Shown: positions 21,183 through 31,248 of the stretch, piece after piece
Numbering within the stretch: the first letter of the stretch is position 1
Layout: each line of letters opens with the position of its first letter
Source: Vulcanimicrobiota bacterium
GTDB taxonomy: Bacteria > Vulcanimicrobiota > Vulcanimicrobiia > Vulcanimicrobiales > Vulcanimicrobiaceae
NCBI GenBank assembly: GCA_963820825.1
Contig: CAWGBN010000008.1
Span: 480,001 to 544,000, forward strand
DNA: 64,000 bases
Direction of reading: 5' to 3'
Made by a program: the position numbers and the translations under genes
Notes under the pieces: generated by a model
The model's database searches: none
Told to the model about the DNA's origin: nothing
The model's input: only the letters and a program-made list of their open reading frames with translations

Positions 21183-22077
21183 TAGCCTCGCACCCCCAGA
21201 CGCGTCGAGCGCCTGACGCAGACCGCGCGACCGACGAGCACGCCGGCCAGATGCTTCTTGTACTCGACGCTGCCGCGCAGGTCGGCCTGCGGATCGGCGA
21301 TGCTTACGCGGCGTCGCGCATCGCCGCCCGAATCAGCTCCTCGTCGGCTTCTGCGCCCGCGAGCAGCTGCTCGGCCGCGTCGACGCGCAGCGCCGTCGGA
21401 CCGAGCGCGCCGACAGCGCGATGCCGGCCGCCGGCGATCGTGCCGTCGGCGTTCAGCGACATCTGCACGGCCGCCGCGGCGGTGGCGAAGTCGCCGACCT
21501 TGCGTTCGATCTTCTGATACGAACCCGGCGGTGCGATCGTCGGGCATCGGGAAATCGGACGCTCGAGCGCCATCTCGCCGGTCGCCGACCGCGGTCGTGA
21601 AGCTGTCGACGAGGAAGTCGTCGATGGCGACCGTGCGCGTTCCGGCCTTCGCCGCGCACGACGACGGTGGCGCGCGACGGCGAGCGCGATCGACCGGCCA
21701 GTCGCCGGCCGGGATCGTTGTGGCACAGGCTGCCGACGACGGTGCCCATCTGCCGCACGACCGGATCGGCGACCACGCGCGACGTGTCGGCGATCAGCTC
21801 GGTAGCGCTCGCCGATCCACGGCGCGCGTCTCGAGGGCGCTGTCGCGCGTCGTCGCGCCGACCGCGAGCGCACCGCCCGACTCGCGCAGGTACGTCCAGG
21901 TCGTCGATCGGATTGATGTCGACCAGGACGGACGGGACGCGCGAGCCGAAATCGCATCGCCGGAATGAGGCTCTGCCCGCCGGCGAGCACGCGCGCGTCG
22001 TCGCCGTAGCTTGCCAGCGCCGCGATCGCTTCGTCGACGGAGCGGGCCGGCCGGTAGTCAAACTGGGCTGGAAACAT
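21182..22077 (-). CDS. coxM: CO dehydrogenase medium FAD subunit (indels)
   Basis: MFPAQFDY, LAGGQSLIP, QMGTVVGSLCHNDP, KIERKVGDFA, DLRGSVEYKKH; GGAGGAG SD. Confidence 0.9.
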
Positions 22078-22125
22078 TCGCTCCTCCAAACCGTGCGGAA
22101 GAACGTTTACGTCGGTGCGTTTGGG

Positions 22126-22175
22126 GTTCGACGGCGCCTAGTAGGAAGACTCCTAAGCCCGGCTGACCGTCGAAC
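22126..22175. promoter_or_regulatory. Nested inverted repeats upstream of coxM (candidate operator or leader structure)
   Basis: GTTCGACGG (22126-34) / CCGTCGAAC (22167-75) enclose TAGGA-N4-TCCTA (22142-55). Confidence 0.4.
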
Positions 22176-22226
22176 GTCGTACGATTTATGAAGGAAGTGT
22201 GAATCGCCCGCCTCGTACCTAGGCGT

Positions 22227-22578
22227 ATGGTCGACGCACAGCTTATCGCTCACCATGCTCGGCTCGAGCGATCTCGACCGCGCCGTCGCGTTTTACACCG
22301 AGGTTCTCGGATTTCGGGTCGCCGGTCGCTTCGGCGAATTCGTCTTCTTCGACACCGGAGCGACGACGCTGGCGATTACCAGCGAGCTTGCGCCCGCGCA
22401 GGCGCTAGCCGCGACGCACGAATGCGTCTTTGGCGTCGCGAGTGTGACCCAAGCGTACGCCGCGTTGAAAGATCGCATCGACTTTCTTAACGAGCCCCGT
22501 CCGATTAACGCCGATCGCTGGGCGGTGAACTTCCGCGATCCCGACGGACATCAATGCTCGCTCTACGGACCGGAGTAA
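22227..22578 (+). CDS. VOC/glyoxalase family protein (probable +1 indel near 22242)
   Basis: DLDRAVAFYTEVLG, FRDPDGH; removing one base joins ATG 22227 to the 22255 ORF. Confidence 0.8.
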
Positions 22579-22580
22579 CG

Positions 22581-24765
22581 ATGAGGCATGCAATGCTCGC
22601 TGCGCTAATTCTTCGGCTGCGCCGGCGCAGTTGCCGCCAGCGCGGCGATCCGCGTCCTGCCCAACGGGTGGATCTTGCGCGGCACGAATGGCTCTTTCGT
22701 ACGGACCGGCACGATGCCGCAGGGCGCGGCCCTATCGCCCGACGGGTCGACGCTCGCCGTCGTCGAGTCGGGCTTCAATCCGCCGGCGCTCGTGTTCTAT
22801 GCAACGGCAAACCTGCGCGCGACCCGCCGCGTTGCGCTTGCGGGCGCGTTCGGACGTCCGGTCTGGTTTGGCCGTTCGATACTCGTCGCGGGTGCGAATG
22901 CCGATGCCGTATTTGCAATCGATTCGGCGAGCGGCGGCGTACGAAAGTTCGCGTTGCCGCACAACAGCTATCCGATCTCGGTCGCGGCCGATCGCGGGCT
23001 CGTCGCCGTCGTGACCAACGGCGACGAGAGCCTCCGCATCGGCAAGCTCGATGCGCTGAGCGGCGCTCGCGCGATCCGTGTCGGACGCCAACCCGGGAGT
23101 GCCGCGTTCTCGCAAGACGGAAAGCGAGTCTTCGTCGCGGTGCGTTCGGCAAGCTACGTCGCGAGCGTCGACGTGCGCACCGGCACGGTGCGGCGCATCG
23201 TCACCGATTTGCATCCGAGCGACGTGCTCGTCGCCGGGCCGGCGCTCTACGTCGCGCAGACCGACGCCGATACGGTCGGTATCTACGACGCCGCGACGGG
23301 AGAGCGCCGCCAAGACGTTTACGTCGGCACCGTTCGCGGCCACATCGGCTCGTCTCCCAACGCGCTCTCGACCGCCGGCGGCGCGATCTACGTCACCTTG
23401 GGCGCGGCAAATGAAGTCGTCGTGCTGCACGGCGCCCAAATTGCAGCGCGGTACCCGACGGGATGGTATCCGACCGCCGCGATTGCGCTGCGCAACCGGC
23501 TCTTCGTCATCGACGGCAAGGGCGAGGGTACGAAGCCGAATCCGCATTTCAACGTGATGAGCCGCAGTAACGTCGATTACATCGCCGCCGTTCAGTTCGG
23601 CTCGATTCGCGCGCTCTCGCTCGACGGCGCGCCGCCGCCGTTAAATCCGCAAGGCGCACAGGGCGCACCATCACCGCCCGCTCAGACGGTCCTACGCGCC
23701 GGCGGTCCGATCGAACACGTCTTCTTCATCCTCAAAGAGAACCGGACGTACGATCAAATTCTCGGCGATCTGCCGCAAGGCAACGGCGATCCGAAGCTCG
23801 TCTACTTCGGCGAGCAGGTAACGCCGAACCAGCACGCGATCGCGCAACGTTTCGGACTCTTCGATAATTTCTACGCGAGCGGCGAAGTGAGCGATTCCGG
23901 CCATAACTGGGCCGACGGCGCCTTCGCCAACGACTACGTCGAGCGCACGTGGCCGTCAGTCTACGGCGGGCGCAACGACGACGACGAGGTCCTCGCCGGA
24001 AGCGGCGCGGCCGTTGCCTCGGGCGGTTACATGTGGGACGCCGCGCGGCGCGCCAACGTCAGCTTTCGTGACTACGGCGAGATGGCGCTCATGCCCGCGA
24101 TCGAAGGGCACGTCGCCTCGACGGCACCGAGCATAGGCGACCGCTTCGATCCGAACTACGTCGGATGGGATCTCGATTACAGCGACCTCAACCGCTATAA
24201 AGAATGGAAACGCGAGTTTGACGGCTTCGTCGCAGCCGGCACGACGCCGCAGCTCGAGTGGATGTGGCTGCCAGGCGATCACACCGCCGGGATCAGAGCC
24301 GGAACGCTCACGCCGGCGGCATACATAGCGACGAACGACTACGCCGTCGGGCTCATCGTCGATGCGATCTCGCATTCGAAGATCTGGCCGTCGTCGGCGA
24401 TCTTCATCACCGAGGACGACGCACAGGACGGCGCCGATCACGTCAGCGATCAGCGGACCACGCTCTACGTCGCTTCGCCGTATGCAAAGGGCGGAACGAT
24501 CCACCAGCACTTCTCGACGGTGAGCGTCTTGCGTACGATCGAGCTAATGCTCGGTATGGAACCGCTCTCGGCCTACGACGCGACGGCGGCGCCGCTCTAC
24601 GCCGCCTTCGGATCGACGCCCAATCTCGCGCCGGTCGACGTCATCGCGCCGAAGATCGATACTACGACGCGCAACTCGAAGGTCGCCGCCGCCGCAAGCG
24701 TCGGCGTGCTCTACGATTTGAGCCGCCCCGATACGTTGCTGCCCGAAGCGACTGCTCACCGCTGA
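22581..24765 (+). CDS. Secreted YVTN beta-propeller + phosphoesterase/alkaline-phosphatase-superfamily protein (indel near 22614)
   Basis: Signal peptide, LPNGW, TGWYP, IL.ENRTYDQ, FDNFY...VS.SGH.W, EDDAQDG.DHV. Confidence 0.85.
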
Positions 24766-24766
24766 C

Positions 24767-25108
24767 GTGGCAACCAAAGCACAAGTTGAAAAGGCTATCT
24801 TCGAGCGCGAGGGCTTTCGCGTCGAGCTCGAACCCTTTGAAGGCAAACGTCCCGCGTTGCCGCCCTACGAGTTCTCGGTGATGGCGCCGCAGCGCTGGAA
24901 GGTCTCGGATTGGAAGAACGAGCGGCTCGCGGCGTACCGGTTACTCGTAAAAGGCGCGACGGTATACCGCGGCGATGGGACGCCCATTCCGCGAGACGTG
25001 CAACTCGGGAATCTACGCGATACCTACTACGAGGCTGCGTATGGAGCGTCGCCTCCACCCGCAGATGCCGGCGACGAGAAGGTGATCAAACTTACTCGTC
25101 GACGTTGA
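24767..25108 (+). CDS. Hypothetical protein
   Basis: Compact ORF directly after the phosphoesterase; VE..I...EGF and GDG....QLGNLRDTY motifs. Confidence 0.6.
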   Translation: MATKAQVEKAIFEREGFRVELEPFEGKRPALPPYEFSVMAPQRWKVSDWKNERLAAYRLLVKGATVYRGDGTPIPRDVQLGNLRDTYYEAAYGASPPPADAGDEKVIKLTRRR

Positions 25109-25556
25109 TCGGCACGCCCTCGAACGAGGTGGAGAGCACGACGAGCGTGACGATGTGCACCGCCGCCGGCTCGAGGTGGTTGAGCAGTTCCTCGAGATGC
25201 GTTACGTCGCGCACGACTGCCTGTGCGATGAACGAGAACTCGCCGGTGACGCGATGGCAGGCGAGTATCTCGGGCCGCTCTTTCGCGACTTTGACGAAAC
25301 GCGCATCGGGACCGTTCGGTCGCGCGAGAATGAACGCGGTAACGGGATAACCGAGCTTCGCGCTCGAGAGCCGAACGCCGTATCCTTCGATCACGCCCGC
25401 CTCTTCGAGACGGCGGATGCGCTCCGCGACGCTCGTCGCAGAGAGACCGATCGCCTTACCGATCTCGGCGAACGAGTCGCGGCCGTTGCTCTGGAGCGAA
25501 CGCACGATCGAACAGTCGATCCGATCGAGAGCGTGAAAACGCGGGCTCTTTGCCAA
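25092..25556 (-). CDS. Lrp/AsnC family transcriptional regulator
   Basis: LDRID..I...LQ.NGR.S, RIRRLEEAGVI.GY, CHRVTGE; TTG start with AAGGAGG SD. Confidence 0.92.
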   Translation of the reverse strand: MAKSPRFHALDRIDCSIVRSLQSNGRDSFAEIGKAIGLSATSVAERIRRLEEAGVIEGYGVRLSSAKLGYPVTAFILARPNGPDARFVKVAKERPEILACHRVTGEFSFIAQAVVRDVTHLEELLNHLEPAAVHIVTLVVLSTSFEGVPINVDE

Positions 25557-25641
25557 CGAAACCTCCTCCTTCGAGGCAGCGGCCAGGTTTTTCGTTGGAA
25601 ACTTGCTGTCCTCCGCCGGCGCGGCGCGATACGATACCGCC

Positions 25642-26542
25642 ATGCCGGTCGATTGCATCGTCGCAACGTGCGAATTCGTCTCGGAGCTCGATCCCGACGA
25701 CCAGATGCTGGTGGAGGAGCTCCGCCGGCGCGGCCTTACGGTCTCGGTCGCGGTCTGGAACGACCCGCGCGTCGCTTGGGGCTCGGCTCGCCTCTGCCTG
25801 GTGCGCTCGACCTGGGATTATCACCGTCGCTACGACGAGTTCCTTGCGTGGATCGAGCGGATCTCATCGCTCACCGTGGTGAAGAACGATCCGCATCTGC
25901 TGCGCTGGAACGCCCAGTAAATCGTACCTGCTCGATCTGGAGCGGATCGGCGTGCCGATCGTTCCGACGCTCTGGATCCGCCGGGGCGAGCGGCGAGCGC
26001 TTCGCGAGATTGCACGAGCCCGCGGCTGGCGCAGCGTCGTCCTAAAGCCGGCGCGCGGCGCCGCCGCGCACGGCGTGACGCTCGTTCGCGAAGACGAGGC
26101 TTCGCTCACCGCCGGGCAGGCGCGGTTCGCCGAGCTGCTCGCAGACGAAGACGTGCTCGTTCAGCCCTATCTCGACGGCGTCGTGAGCTATGGCGAACGC
26201 GCGCTGATCGTGATCTGCAGCCGCTACTCGCACGCGGCGGTGAAGAAACCCTTCGACCGGATCCTCGCCGTCAGCAGCGAGCCGTCGTCCTACGTCGAGG
26301 CGACGCGCGAAGAGATCGCGGTCGCCATCGAAGCCGTTGAAGCGGTCCCGGGCGAGCCGCTCTACGCGCGCGTCGATCTGCTCAAAGACGACGACGGACG
26401 CGTACGCGTCAGCGAAGTCGAACTGATCGAGCCAACGCTCTACTTCGCGCTGCACGAGCCGGCACGGCGCGAGCTCGCCGACGCGATCGAGCGCGAGCTC
26501 GAGCTCGTCGCAAGGTCCGGGGCGCTAACGATTAGACCGTAA
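25642..26542 (+). CDS. ATP-grasp (RimK/glutathione-synthetase-like) ligase, split by a +1 indel at ~25913
   Basis: RSTWDY; deleting one C of GCCC restores WNASKSYLLDL; KPARGA, VQPYL, YARVD, EVELIEP. Confidence 0.8.
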
Positions 26543-27173
26543 ACGAAGCGATCTCGTTCGCGTCGCGCAGGGACGTCCACCAGCGCGTTCCGTCGTACGC
26601 GAGCGAGCGCGCTTCCTCAGGCAACGGCCGGATGCTCTCGAACTGCGGCTCGCGGCTGCCGATGTCGAACCTGCCGAAGACTAGATTTTCGAACTCTTCG
26701 TCGGCCGAGGTCATGTAGAAGCCGTCCGGACCGAAACCGAATCCGGCACAGCGCGTGGGTAATGCGATCTCGCGCTCGATCGTTCCCTCGGCGTTGAGCT
26801 CGAGAATTCGGCGGAAGCCCATCTGACCGAGATAGATCGTCGTGCCTTTCGCCGCAATATAGGATCCGGTGAGGTCGGGACACGGCGTTTTGCTCGATAG
26901 ATCGAATCCGCGATCGGGCAACAGGCGGTAGAGATAGCGATCCTCTTCTTCGCCGTGCGCGATGACCGCGCGCAGCTCGTCACCGTAAACGGTAGTTCCA
27001 TACGGTCTTCCGGGCGCTTCGATCTCGTTGCGCACGCTCTGCGTCTGCGGATCGATCGTATAGATGCGGTCGGTATCCCACGAGCCCATCCAGAGCAGCC
27101 CGTCGCGATACGCGAGCGGATGGGGGCGCGTCGCCGGCGATGGGAATCGATTGAGTTCTTGCGTTGTCTGCAT
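26532..27173 (-). CDS. Hypothetical beta-propeller protein (glutaminyl-cyclase-like repeats)
   Basis: Repeated L..DG.LW type blades (LAYRDGLLW, LAYDGTRWW). Confidence 0.55.
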   Translation of the reverse strand: MQTTQELNRFPSPATRPHPLAYRDGLLWMGSWDTDRIYTIDPQTQSVRNEIEAPGRPYGTTVYGDELRAVIAHGEEEDRYLYRLLPDRGFDLSSKTPCPDLTGSYIAAKGTTIYLGQMGFRRILELNAEGTIEREIALPTRCAGFGFGPDGFYMTSADEEFENLVFGRFDIGSREPQFESIRPLPEEARSLAYDGTRWWTSLRDANEIASFTV

Positions 27174-27259
27174 GCCCGCAGAAAGGCGCCCGCACCAGCG
27201 AAGGTTGCAGCGCCGGCGCAAGCCGGGAATCCAAGGAAGCGGCCAGAAGAAAACCGCTC

Positions 27260-27919
27260 ATGAACGTTTCGGCAAACCGCCCCGCAGTCGCCGTTTGGAT
27301 CGCCGGAGCCGCGATCGTCCTGAGCGCGCTCGGCGCCTCGCCGGCGCCGTCGCAGATCGCCTCCCTTTCGCTGCTCGCGCGCGCGACGAATCCGAATCCG
27401 ACGCTGAACTCCTACACCGCGACCGCACAGCTCTCGGCGTTGCTCCACGCCGTCATTCCGATTCACAAAACCTTAAATGGTACCGTCTACTATCTGCGGC
27501 CAACGCGCAAGATCGAGTTCCAAAACGTTCCGGGTGAGCTGAGCCGGTTCAAAGACCTCGCTTCGTCGACGCCAACCTACGAACAGGCGATGCAGCAGTA
27601 CAACATCACGCCGCTGACCGACAACGGCACGGTATCGACCTACACGCTGGTTCCGAAGAATACCGGCAGCCGCGTGAAAAGCATCACCGTCACGATCGAC
27701 GACCGATCCACGCTGCTGAGCAAGGCCCAGTGGAACTATACCAACGGCGGCACGCTGAACTTCGGTCAAACGTACGCGAACGTCGGCACGTATCGTCTTC
27801 CCTCGAAGGCCACGATCGCGGCGCGATTCCCCGGCTATAGCGTCGACGGCACGCTCACGTTTTCGAACTATCAGCCCAACGCAACCGTTTCGCCGTCGGT
27901 CTTCGCCTCGCCGCATTAG
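27260..27919 (+). CDS. Secreted LolA-like/lipoprotein-sorting fold protein
   Basis: Signal peptide; YTLVPK, beta-rich, terminal FSNYQPN..V...VF motif. Confidence 0.55.
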   Translation: MNVSANRPAVAVWIAGAAIVLSALGASPAPSQIASLSLLARATNPNPTLNSYTATAQLSALLHAVIPIHKTLNGTVYYLRPTRKIEFQNVPGELSRFKDLASSTPTYEQAMQQYNITPLTDNGTVSTYTLVPKNTGSRVKSITVTIDDRSTLLSKAQWNYTNGGTLNFGQTYANVGTYRLPSKATIAARFPGYSVDGTLTFSNYQPNATVSPSVFASPH

Positions 27920-27928
27920 CGCGGCGTC

Positions 27929-30196
27929 TTACCGGGCGGGTCGAAGCGTCAACACGGCGGCCGCATTTGCGTCGACGGCCGCGCGGCTGAACGGCAGCGG
28001 CTGCAGCGTGCCGGCGACCCACGCGCCGGTTAAATCGGTGTAGTGTCCCGAGCCCGGCTCGCCCGACTCGCCGCTGGGAATCGCAATTCCGCCACGGTCC
28101 CAAGCGCCCGCGTCCCAGACGGCCCGGAAGCCCTGCGCGACGCCCGGCTCCTGCAGATGGATCGTATACTCATCGCCCGCACCGGGTAACCACGCACCGT
28201 CGAGAAACCCGAAATGCATCGGCGCGAGCAGATGCTCGATGCGCGTCGCACCCGCCTCACGCCACGTGCCGCTCGCGTCGCCGGTCAGCGACGAGAGCGT
28301 CGCACCGATATCGTCGAGGAGTTCGTGCGGCGCACCGCGCTCGTCGCGCAGTTCGTTTAGGCGCTCCCCGAGCGGAGCGCCATCTTGGAAGAGGGCGAGT
28401 CGCAGTGAATGCTCGACGACGGCACCGCGCGAGGCCGGCCGGTAGCGGCCATCCCAGCGGCGCAACAGGTCGAGCGTGCTCGACCAGTCGCTCGGCGTCG
28501 CATCCATGCGCGCGAGTCGCGCGACGTCGCGCGCGATCTCCAAGTCGATCGGTGAGAGCGTATCGAGCTGCATCCGCGCAAAATAGGGCGCATCGTACTG
28601 CAGGCGCAGGCGAAGCAAGGCCGCGATTCGATAGGCGCGATAGGGCGGCTCGAACTGCGCCGAGAGCCGATAGGGATAGCCGGACCCGTACGTCTTGTTG
28701 TTCGCGGCAACGAGGATCGCATCGCGCGCGGGAGCCTGCCGCGGAAGCCGATCGAACGGAATCGGCGCATAGGCACGGCGCAGTTCGCGCGCCGGATGGA
28801 CGTAGCGCCCCCACGCGGGATCGTCGGGGACGAGTCCGGCGACGTGATACGCGACGCTGCCGCCGCGATCGGCGAGCATGAAGCTCTGCGGCGAGCCGCG
28901 GTATCGCGACAGAACGCGCAGCGCGCCGGCGACGTCAGGCGAACGATCGAGCGCCAGCGCCGTCGCGATCGTCGATTCTCGCTGCGCGTAGACGGGCCAG
29001 CGAACGAGCACGAGTCCCGGCGGGTCGTTCTCGTCGGGAATCGCATACTCGGACGGCGTGCGATAGTACGCCGCCGATACGTCGCGCGAAAAGCGCACGC
29101 CGAAGCGCTCGGTCACCCACCGCCCGCGGTCGAGCCGGCCTGCCTTGAAGAGGCTCGTCGTCGCCATCTGCGCGTTCGCCGACGCCCACGCAACGCGCTC
29201 GTTGTGGCCGAGCACGACACCGGGGATGCCGGGAATCGTCGCGCCGGCGGCGTGGAAGTGCGGCGACTCCATATCGATGAGATACCAAATGCCGGGAATC
29301 GTCAGATCGAGGTGCGGATCGTTGGCCAGCAGCGCGTCGCCGTTGACGCTGCGCCGCGCTCCCGCCGCCCACGCGTTGCTGCCGATCGCGGGGCGATGCG
29401 CGTGCAGCGCGAGCTCCGGCGCATCGCAGGCTTTCGTTCGCACGCGCGCGCGTCGCCCGTCGCGTGCTCCCTCGACGGTAACGTCGTAGCGCGGATCCGA
29501 TAGCGGAAAGAGCTCGTCGAAACAACGCGCTCCACGTTGGTGCCAGATCGCGTCGCGGATAAAGATCTCGTGCCACGAATCGGCGAGCTCGAGCGAGGCG
29601 ACGATCGCGACGGCGAGCGAATCTTTCGGCGTCCACGGCGCGGGCCGGTAGAGCAGCATGCGAAACTCGACCGGCAACGGCTGGGTTGCAGCGGCGGCGT
29701 TCACGCCGTCGCTAAAAGCAACGAGCGCCGCCCGGTCGCGCGGAGCGAGCGCGACGAGCTGCCGCCGGGCGATGCCGTCGATGTCGACGGCTCGCTGCAC
29801 GCGATCGTAGGGAAGGGCCTTGGCGCCGAGCACCTCGGCAAGCCGCCCGTACGCATAGCGCCGGCTCAAATCGAGTTGAAAGAGCCGGTCTGAGCCCTGC
29901 ACGTATCCTTGCGAGAAGAAGAGATCGTGCTCGTTGGCCGCGCGGATGTGCGGAATGTCGCGCCGATCGCGAACGATCGTGACCGGCGCGTACAATCCAG
30001 CCGCTACGACGCTGCCGCGCGCCGCCGCAGCGGCGTGCAGTCCGGCCGCCACGTTCGCAGTGTAGAGGGTTGCCACCGCAACTAGGCAGACGAGCAACCC
30101 GAACGCGTGGCGCTTCAGAGCGCCGGCAACTGCCGCGATCGGAGTCGGATCGGCGCTCTGGGCGAGCCGCGGATCGGGTCGCTCGAAAAAGCCCAC
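27929..30196 (-). CDS. Penicillin acylase family Ntn-hydrolase
   Basis: IPHIRA, DRLFQLD, GSNAW nucleophile, ANDPHL, GESG.PGS.HY.D. Confidence 0.92.
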   Translation of the reverse strand: MGFFERPDPRLAQSADPTPIAAVAGALKRHAFGLLVCLVAVATLYTANVAAGLHAAAAARGSVVAAGLYAPVTIVRDRRDIPHIRAANEHDLFFSQGYVQGSDRLFQLDLSRRYAYGRLAEVLGAKALPYDRVQRAVDIDGIARRQLVALAPRDRAALVAFSDGVNAAAATQPLPVEFRMLLYRPAPWTPKDSLAVAIVASLELADSWHEIFIRDAIWHQRGARCFDELFPLSDPRYDVTVEGARDGRRARVRTKACDAPELALHAHRPAIGSNAWAAGARRSVNGDALLANDPHLDLTIPGIWYLIDMESPHFHAAGATIPGIPGVVLGHNERVAWASANAQMATTSLFKAGRLDRGRWVTERFGVRFSRDVSAAYYRTPSEYAIPDENDPPGLVLVRWPVYAQRESTIATALALDRSPDVAGALRVLSRYRGSPQSFMLADRGGSVAYHVAGLVPDDPAWGRYVHPARELRRAYAPIPFDRLPRQAPARDAILVAANNKTYGSGYPYRLSAQFEPPYRAYRIAALLRLRLQYDAPYFARMQLDTLSPIDLEIARDVARLARMDATPSDWSSTLDLLRRWDGRYRPASRGAVVEHSLRLALFQDGAPLGERLNELRDERGAPHELLDDIGATLSSLTGDASGTWREAGATRIEHLLAPMHFGFLDGAWLPGAGDEYTIHLQEPGVAQGFRAVWDAGAWDRGGIAIPSGESGEPGSGHYTDLTGAWVAGTLQPLPFSRAAVDANAAAVLTLRPAR

Positions 30197-30243
30197 GTCG
30201 TTAGCGTTATTTCAGCGCACGACGCGGCCGATCCGTGACCTCG

Positions 30244-31248
30244 CTACCGCGTGGCGATACGCCCGATGCCCGAGGTCACCTCAGACGACGTGAACCACAT
30301 CGCGCGCCGCGGGCCGGAAGCGATCTGCAACCCGGCCGCCCCGCTCGGTACACGATAGAAATGGAGTCTGCCCGCGGTGGTGATGCGCCCGATCCCGAAG
30401 TCGCCCGTGAAATCGGTGAACCAGAGCGCGCCGTCAGGTCCCTTCGCGATCCCGGAAGGCTCGCCGTATTTCATCGTCGTCGGAAACTCCGTGTATTTAC
30501 CGGCGGTCGTAAGCCGCCCGATCGCGTTGGCATCCTCTTCGGTAAACCACAGCGCTTTATCCGGCCCCACGCAGATCCACGCCGGGCCCGAACCGACCGT
30601 AAACGTCTTTATCTTGCCTTTCGGAGTTAGACGGAACAACTTGTTGGCGAAATGGCTGCCGCCGGTGATGTTTTGCGTGACCCAGAGGTTTCCGTCGGAT
30701 CCGGTGACGATGCCGAAGAGTCCGGCATTCGCCGCCGCCACGGTAACGTGCGTGACCGTTCCGCTCGTGGTGATTCGGCCGACCGTGCCGTTCGATTCCG
30801 CGAACCATAGCGCGCCGTCGGGGCCGGTCGTGATTCCCTGCGGAAACGATCCGGACGGGTCGGTAAACAACGTCACCGTACCCGCGGTCGTGATGCGTCC
30901 GACGCCGTCGAAGGTCGTGAACCAGAGATTCTTGTCGGGCCCGACGGTAATTCCGGTGGAGACCTCGGTGCCGGCCGGCGCTTCGAGCGTATAGGTTCCC
31001 CCGGCGGTAATGCGGCCGATGACGTCCATGCCCGGGTCGGTAAACCAGAGCGCGCCGTCGGGCCCGGCGGTGATTCCGTCGGGGGTCGGATCGCCGTACG
31101 TGTCCGGAAAGAACTTAACGCTGCCGCGCTTGTCCGGAACGATCCGGCGCGCATCCGCGTACGAGAGGCCGCGCGGCACGGTGCCAACGCCCGGCGCCGC
31201 GCACGCCGCGACGATCAGAAGCAGTATTACGCTAAGGCTGGAGCGCAT
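30244..31248 (-). CDS. Vgb-like beta-propeller lipoprotein
   Basis: About seven GPDGALWFT/IGRIT repeats; lipobox VAAC; GAGGTG SD. Confidence 0.85.
   Translation of the reverse strand: MRSSLSVILLLIVAACAAPGVGTVPRGLSYADARRIVPDKRGSVKFFPDTYGDPTPDGITAGPDGALWFTDPGMDVIGRITAGGTYTLEAPAGTEVSTGITVGPDKNLWFTTFDGVGRITTAGTVTLFTDPSGSFPQGITTGPDGALWFAESNGTVGRITTSGTVTHVTVAAANAGLFGIVTGSDGNLWVTQNITGGSHFANKLFRLTPKGKIKTFTVGSGPAWICVGPDKALWFTEEDANAIGRLTTAGKYTEFPTTMKYGEPSGIAKGPDGALWFTDFTGDFGIGRITTAGRLHFYRVPSGAAGLQIASGPRRAMWFTSSEVTSGIGRIATR

Noticed and set aside
17200..22077. Programmed frameshifting or RNA editing of cox genes
   Set aside because: Shifts are numerous, lack slippery motifs and extend into unrelated neighbouring genes; read error is simpler.
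22080..22226. Moco riboswitch upstream of coxM
   Set aside because: I could not match the conserved Moco RNA elements by eye; an Infernal search is needed.
30244..31248. Streptogramin B resistance (vgb)
   Set aside because: Only the repeat fold is shared; this is an exported lipoprotein with no evidence of lyase activity.
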